NCBI RefSeq assembly: GCF_003428155.1
Contig: NZ_QLIR01000001.1
Span: forward strand, 90,001-122,000
Reading direction: 5' to 3'
From: Fastidiosibacter lacustris
GTDB taxonomy: Bacteria > Pseudomonadota > Gammaproteobacteria > Francisellales > Francisellaceae
DNA length: 32,000 bases
Below the pieces are notes generated by a model. That model made no database searches and was not told the DNA's origin. It saw only the letters and a list, made by a program, of their open reading frames with translations. Position numbers and translations under genes: made by a program. Positions 29,541-32,000 of this stretch are shown piece by piece. Position 1 is the first letter of the stretch. The number at the start of each line of letters is the position of its first letter.

Positions 29541-30674
29541 CTAAGTTATGTTGGTTTGAGTAAGTCTAAATTCATTTGATTTTGGCAAGAGTACAAACAT
29601 CGTGCCAGGATGCTTCATATGACCTGCGTAATATTCGGCAAGTTCTCCATTGCCCCAAAAAATATCACCACGAATGGGACCATTAATCGCACCGCCTGTA
29701 TCTTGCGCAATTAGGAGCCTATCTAGTTTTTGAAATTTTTGTTCGGGTGTTTGATAACTGGTGCTTAGCCACACAGGGGTGCCATATTGATAATAGTTAT
29801 TATCGATTGCAATAGAATAACTAGGTGTTAATGGTACACCTTGAGCACCAATCGGATTGGAGTGGCTTAATACTCTGAAAAAAACAAAAGAAGGATCATA
29901 GTTCAATACTTTGTTTGCATGTTGCGGATGATCATATAACCATTTTTTGATCGATTGCATCGTAATTTCTTCACGAGGTATCAGCTTGTTTTCCAATAAA
30001 TAACGACCAATAGGTCGGTAAGGATGCCCGTTTTGACTGTCATATCCGACAAGAATGGTCTCGCCATTTGTAAGTTCTATTCTGCCAGATCCTTGAATTT
30101 GTAAAAATGTGCGCTCAATACGAGAGCCTACCCAAGCAATCACATCTTTTTTACTGAGATAATTGTTATTAGAAATTTCTTCACGTGTGTAATAAGGTAC
30201 AAGTTTACCTTTTACAATTCTGCCATATTGTGTGCCTGATTTTGTTTTCTTTTGCACTAAGTTGTTGGGTGTCTTATAAATAGGCACAGAATACTCCTCA
30301 TTACGGTATAAGCTACCAGAGATGGCTGGAGCATAATATCCTGTAAAAAGACCTTCGACTTTGTCATCATAACGAACAAGATAGGGAGAAAAGTTTTGCT
30401 CTATTATCTCTCGTGCTTTACGATCTGTATGGGCATAAGTAGCAAGAACGTTGTTGCAGCTAGTTATCCAGTTTTGGTTATAGTTTTTATTAGTTAGAAT
30501 GGCTTTACATGAAATTTGTAAGGCTTGATAAGCGTACATTTGATCACCACAGTCCCAGTTAGGTAAAATTTGATAGCTCACAGGTTCAAAGCTAATACTC
30601 GTGTTAGCAAAAGAACTAATAGGTAGAAAAAGGCTTAAAAGGTTTATTTTTAGGGCTTTGGGAATAAGGCTCAT
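29541..30674 (-). CDS. mltA: Membrane-bound lytic murein transglycosylase A (MltA) family; track start 30731, likely start 30674 at the signal peptide
   Basis: VEGLFTGYYAPAISGS, WVGSRIERTFLQIQGSGRIEL, VGYDSQNGHPYRPIGRYLL, FFRVL, GAQGVPLTPSYSIAID, AQDTGGAINGPIRGDIFWG. Confidence 0.93.
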   Translation of the reverse strand: MSLIPKALKINLLSLFLPISSFANTSISFEPVSYQILPNWDCGDQMYAYQALQISCKAILTNKNYNQNWITSCNNVLATYAHTDRKAREIIEQNFSPYLVRYDDKVEGLFTGYYAPAISGSLYRNEEYSVPIYKTPNNLVQKKTKSGTQYGRIVKGKLVPYYTREEISNNNYLSKKDVIAWVGSRIERTFLQIQGSGRIELTNGETILVGYDSQNGHPYRPIGRYLLENKLIPREEITMQSIKKWLYDHPQHANKVLNYDPSFVFFRVLSHSNPIGAQGVPLTPSYSIAIDNNYYQYGTPVWLSTSYQTPEQKFQKLDRLLIAQDTGGAINGPIRGDIFWGNGELAEYYAGHMKHPGTMFVLLPKSNEFRLTQTNIT

Positions 30675-30835
30675 ATTGTAAGAGATATATTTTTCATGCT
30701 GGTATTTTGGCGAGGATTCGATGGAAGTCAAGGCTATTTTTTGTTCTGAATATAAATTATATTTACATAGTTTGATGATGAATAATGATAAATAGCTAAA
30801 GCCTTAAGCTATAGAGATAAAAAGTAAGATATTTT

Positions 30836-30863
30836 CTTGAAATGCAAAAAAGCGCCCGCAATT
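30836..30863 (+). promoter_or_regulatory. Putative sigma32 (RpoH)-type heat-shock promoter upstream of grpE
   Basis: CTTGAA - 13 nt - CCCGCAATT, close to sigma32 consensus CTTGAA N13-15 CCCCATNT. Confidence 0.6.
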
Positions 30864-30906
30864 GATACGCCGTAATAAAAACAGATAAATCAAAATAGGT
30901 GTATCA

Positions 30907-31485
30907 ATGTCAAAAAAACATCATAAAGAATCCACAAATGAAATTGAACTTGAGCAGGGTGAAGATCAGATAGAATCAGTATCCCAAATGATTGATGAAG
31001 TATTAGTACTTAAAAAAGAGAATAATGAATTGCAAACTACAATCGCAAATATGCAAGAAACCGTTGCTACTGCGGATGATAAAGTTCTGCGTGCGCATGC
31101 TGAAATGGAGAATATTCGTCGTCGTGCGCAAAAAGATGTGGAAAATGCACATAAATTTGCACTAGAGAGATTTGCTAATGCGTTATTACCAGTGCTAGAT
31201 AGCCTAGAAAAGGCGGTTGAAGTTTCTGGTGAGTCAGATGAAGTAAAGGTAATGGCACAAGGCGTAACACTTACCATGAAAATGTTAGTTGATACATTAG
31301 AGAAATTTGGTGTGATACAGATTGATCCAATTGGTGAGGTATTTGATCCAAATAAGCATGAAGCAATGGCGATGTCACCTAATCCTGAAATGGATGATAA
31401 TATGGTAATGAACGTTTTCCAAAAAGGTTATGAGCTCAATAATCGTGTAATTCGACCTGCCCGTGTCTTGGTTGTGAAAAACTAG
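30907..31485 (+). CDS. grpE: Nucleotide exchange factor GrpE
   Basis: RAHAEMENIRRRAQKDVENAHKFALERFANALLPVLDSLEKAVE, FDPNKHEAMAMSP, VFQKGYELNNRVIRPARVLVVK; upstream of dnaK. Confidence 0.96.
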   Translation: MSKKHHKESTNEIELEQGEDQIESVSQMIDEVLVLKKENNELQTTIANMQETVATADDKVLRAHAEMENIRRRAQKDVENAHKFALERFANALLPVLDSLEKAVEVSGESDEVKVMAQGVTLTMKMLVDTLEKFGVIQIDPIGEVFDPNKHEAMAMSPNPEMDDNMVMNVFQKGYELNNRVIRPARVLVVKN

Positions 31486-31570
31486 ATTTAAAAGAAGCTG
31501 AAAATAAAACTTGAAAAATAAAAACGCGTCGGCATATTCCTTGGCGTTAAATTAAAAGGAGATAACAACA

Positions 31571-32000
31571 ATGGGTAAAATTATTGGTATAGATTTGGGG
31601 ACAACGAATTCATGTGTTGCTGTTATGGATGGTAAGAATGCGCGCGTAATTGAAAACGCAGAAGGTGCGCGGACAACTCCTTCAATTGTTGCTTATACAG
31701 AAGGGGGTGAGATTCTCGTTGGTCAAGCAGCTAAACGCCAGGCGGTGACGAATCCGCATAATACGTTATTTGCTGTTAAACGTTTAATTGGTCGCAAGTT
31801 TGATGAAAAAGTTGTGCAACACGACATCGTTAAAAAAGTGCCATATAAAGTCATTAAGGCAGATAATGGTGATGCTTGGGTTGAAGTATTAAAAGATAAA
31901 AAAATGGCGTCACCTCAAGTTTCAGCTGAAGTGTTGCGTAAAATGAAAAAAACAGCAGAAGACTTTTTAGGTGAGAAAGTAACAGAAGCAGTTATTACTG
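31571..32000 (+). CDS. dnaK: Molecular chaperone DnaK, 3' end outside window
   Basis: ATG at 31571: [77 protein letters not shown]. Confidence 0.98.
   Translation, partial: MGKIIGIDLGTTNSCVAVMDGKNARVIENAEGARTTPSIVAYTEGGEILVGQAAKRQAVTNPHNTLFAVKRLIGRKFDEKVVQHDIVKKVPYKVIKADNGDAWVEVLKDKKMASPQVSAEVLRKMKKTAEDFLGEKVTEAVIT

Noticed and set aside
1-32000. CRISPR arrays, tRNA/rRNA genes, transposases, retron or phage-defence genes
   Set aside because: No regularly spaced direct repeats, cloverleaf sequences, rRNA segments or recognised mobile/defence proteins were seen in the intergenic gaps or ORFs. I cannot run tRNAscan-SE, Infernal or HMM searches, which would be decisive.

Overview
The window is mostly ordinary chromosomal housekeeping sequence from a Gram-negative, AT-rich bacterium; a split gcvPA/gcvPB with gcvT-gcvH suggests a Francisella/Fastidiosibacter-like gammaproteobacterium, but that is inference. 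In order it carries: kdsC (5'-truncated)-lptC-lptA-lptB; tyrA-like and dtd; a GMC oxidoreductase; ubiC-ubiA; a secreted choloylglycine/penicillin-V-acylase-type Ntn hydrolase; sodB; grxD; lplA; prs; rplY; a DAACS symporter; sbcB-tsaB-glmS-glmU; nadK; gcvT/H/PA/PB; an accessory island (EamA exporter, frameshifted ATP-grasp ligase, divergent LuxR-type regulator, small HTH-like protein); mltA-like; grpE and dnaK (3'-truncated). The most interesting part is the accessory island at about 25.8-29.5 kb, a possible small-molecule synthesis/export/regulation module whose ligase is broken by an apparent one-base deletion in a T run. Other items worth checking are unannotated small ORFs (notably 14386-14496 and 14611-14709 on the minus strand, and 11391-11456 on the plus strand with its Shine-Dalgarno inside a palindrome), a 15-bp perfect inverted repeat after rplY, a terminator inside the gcv cluster, and a sigma32-like promoter before grpE. 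I found no rRNA, tRNA, CRISPR array or recognisable transposon.
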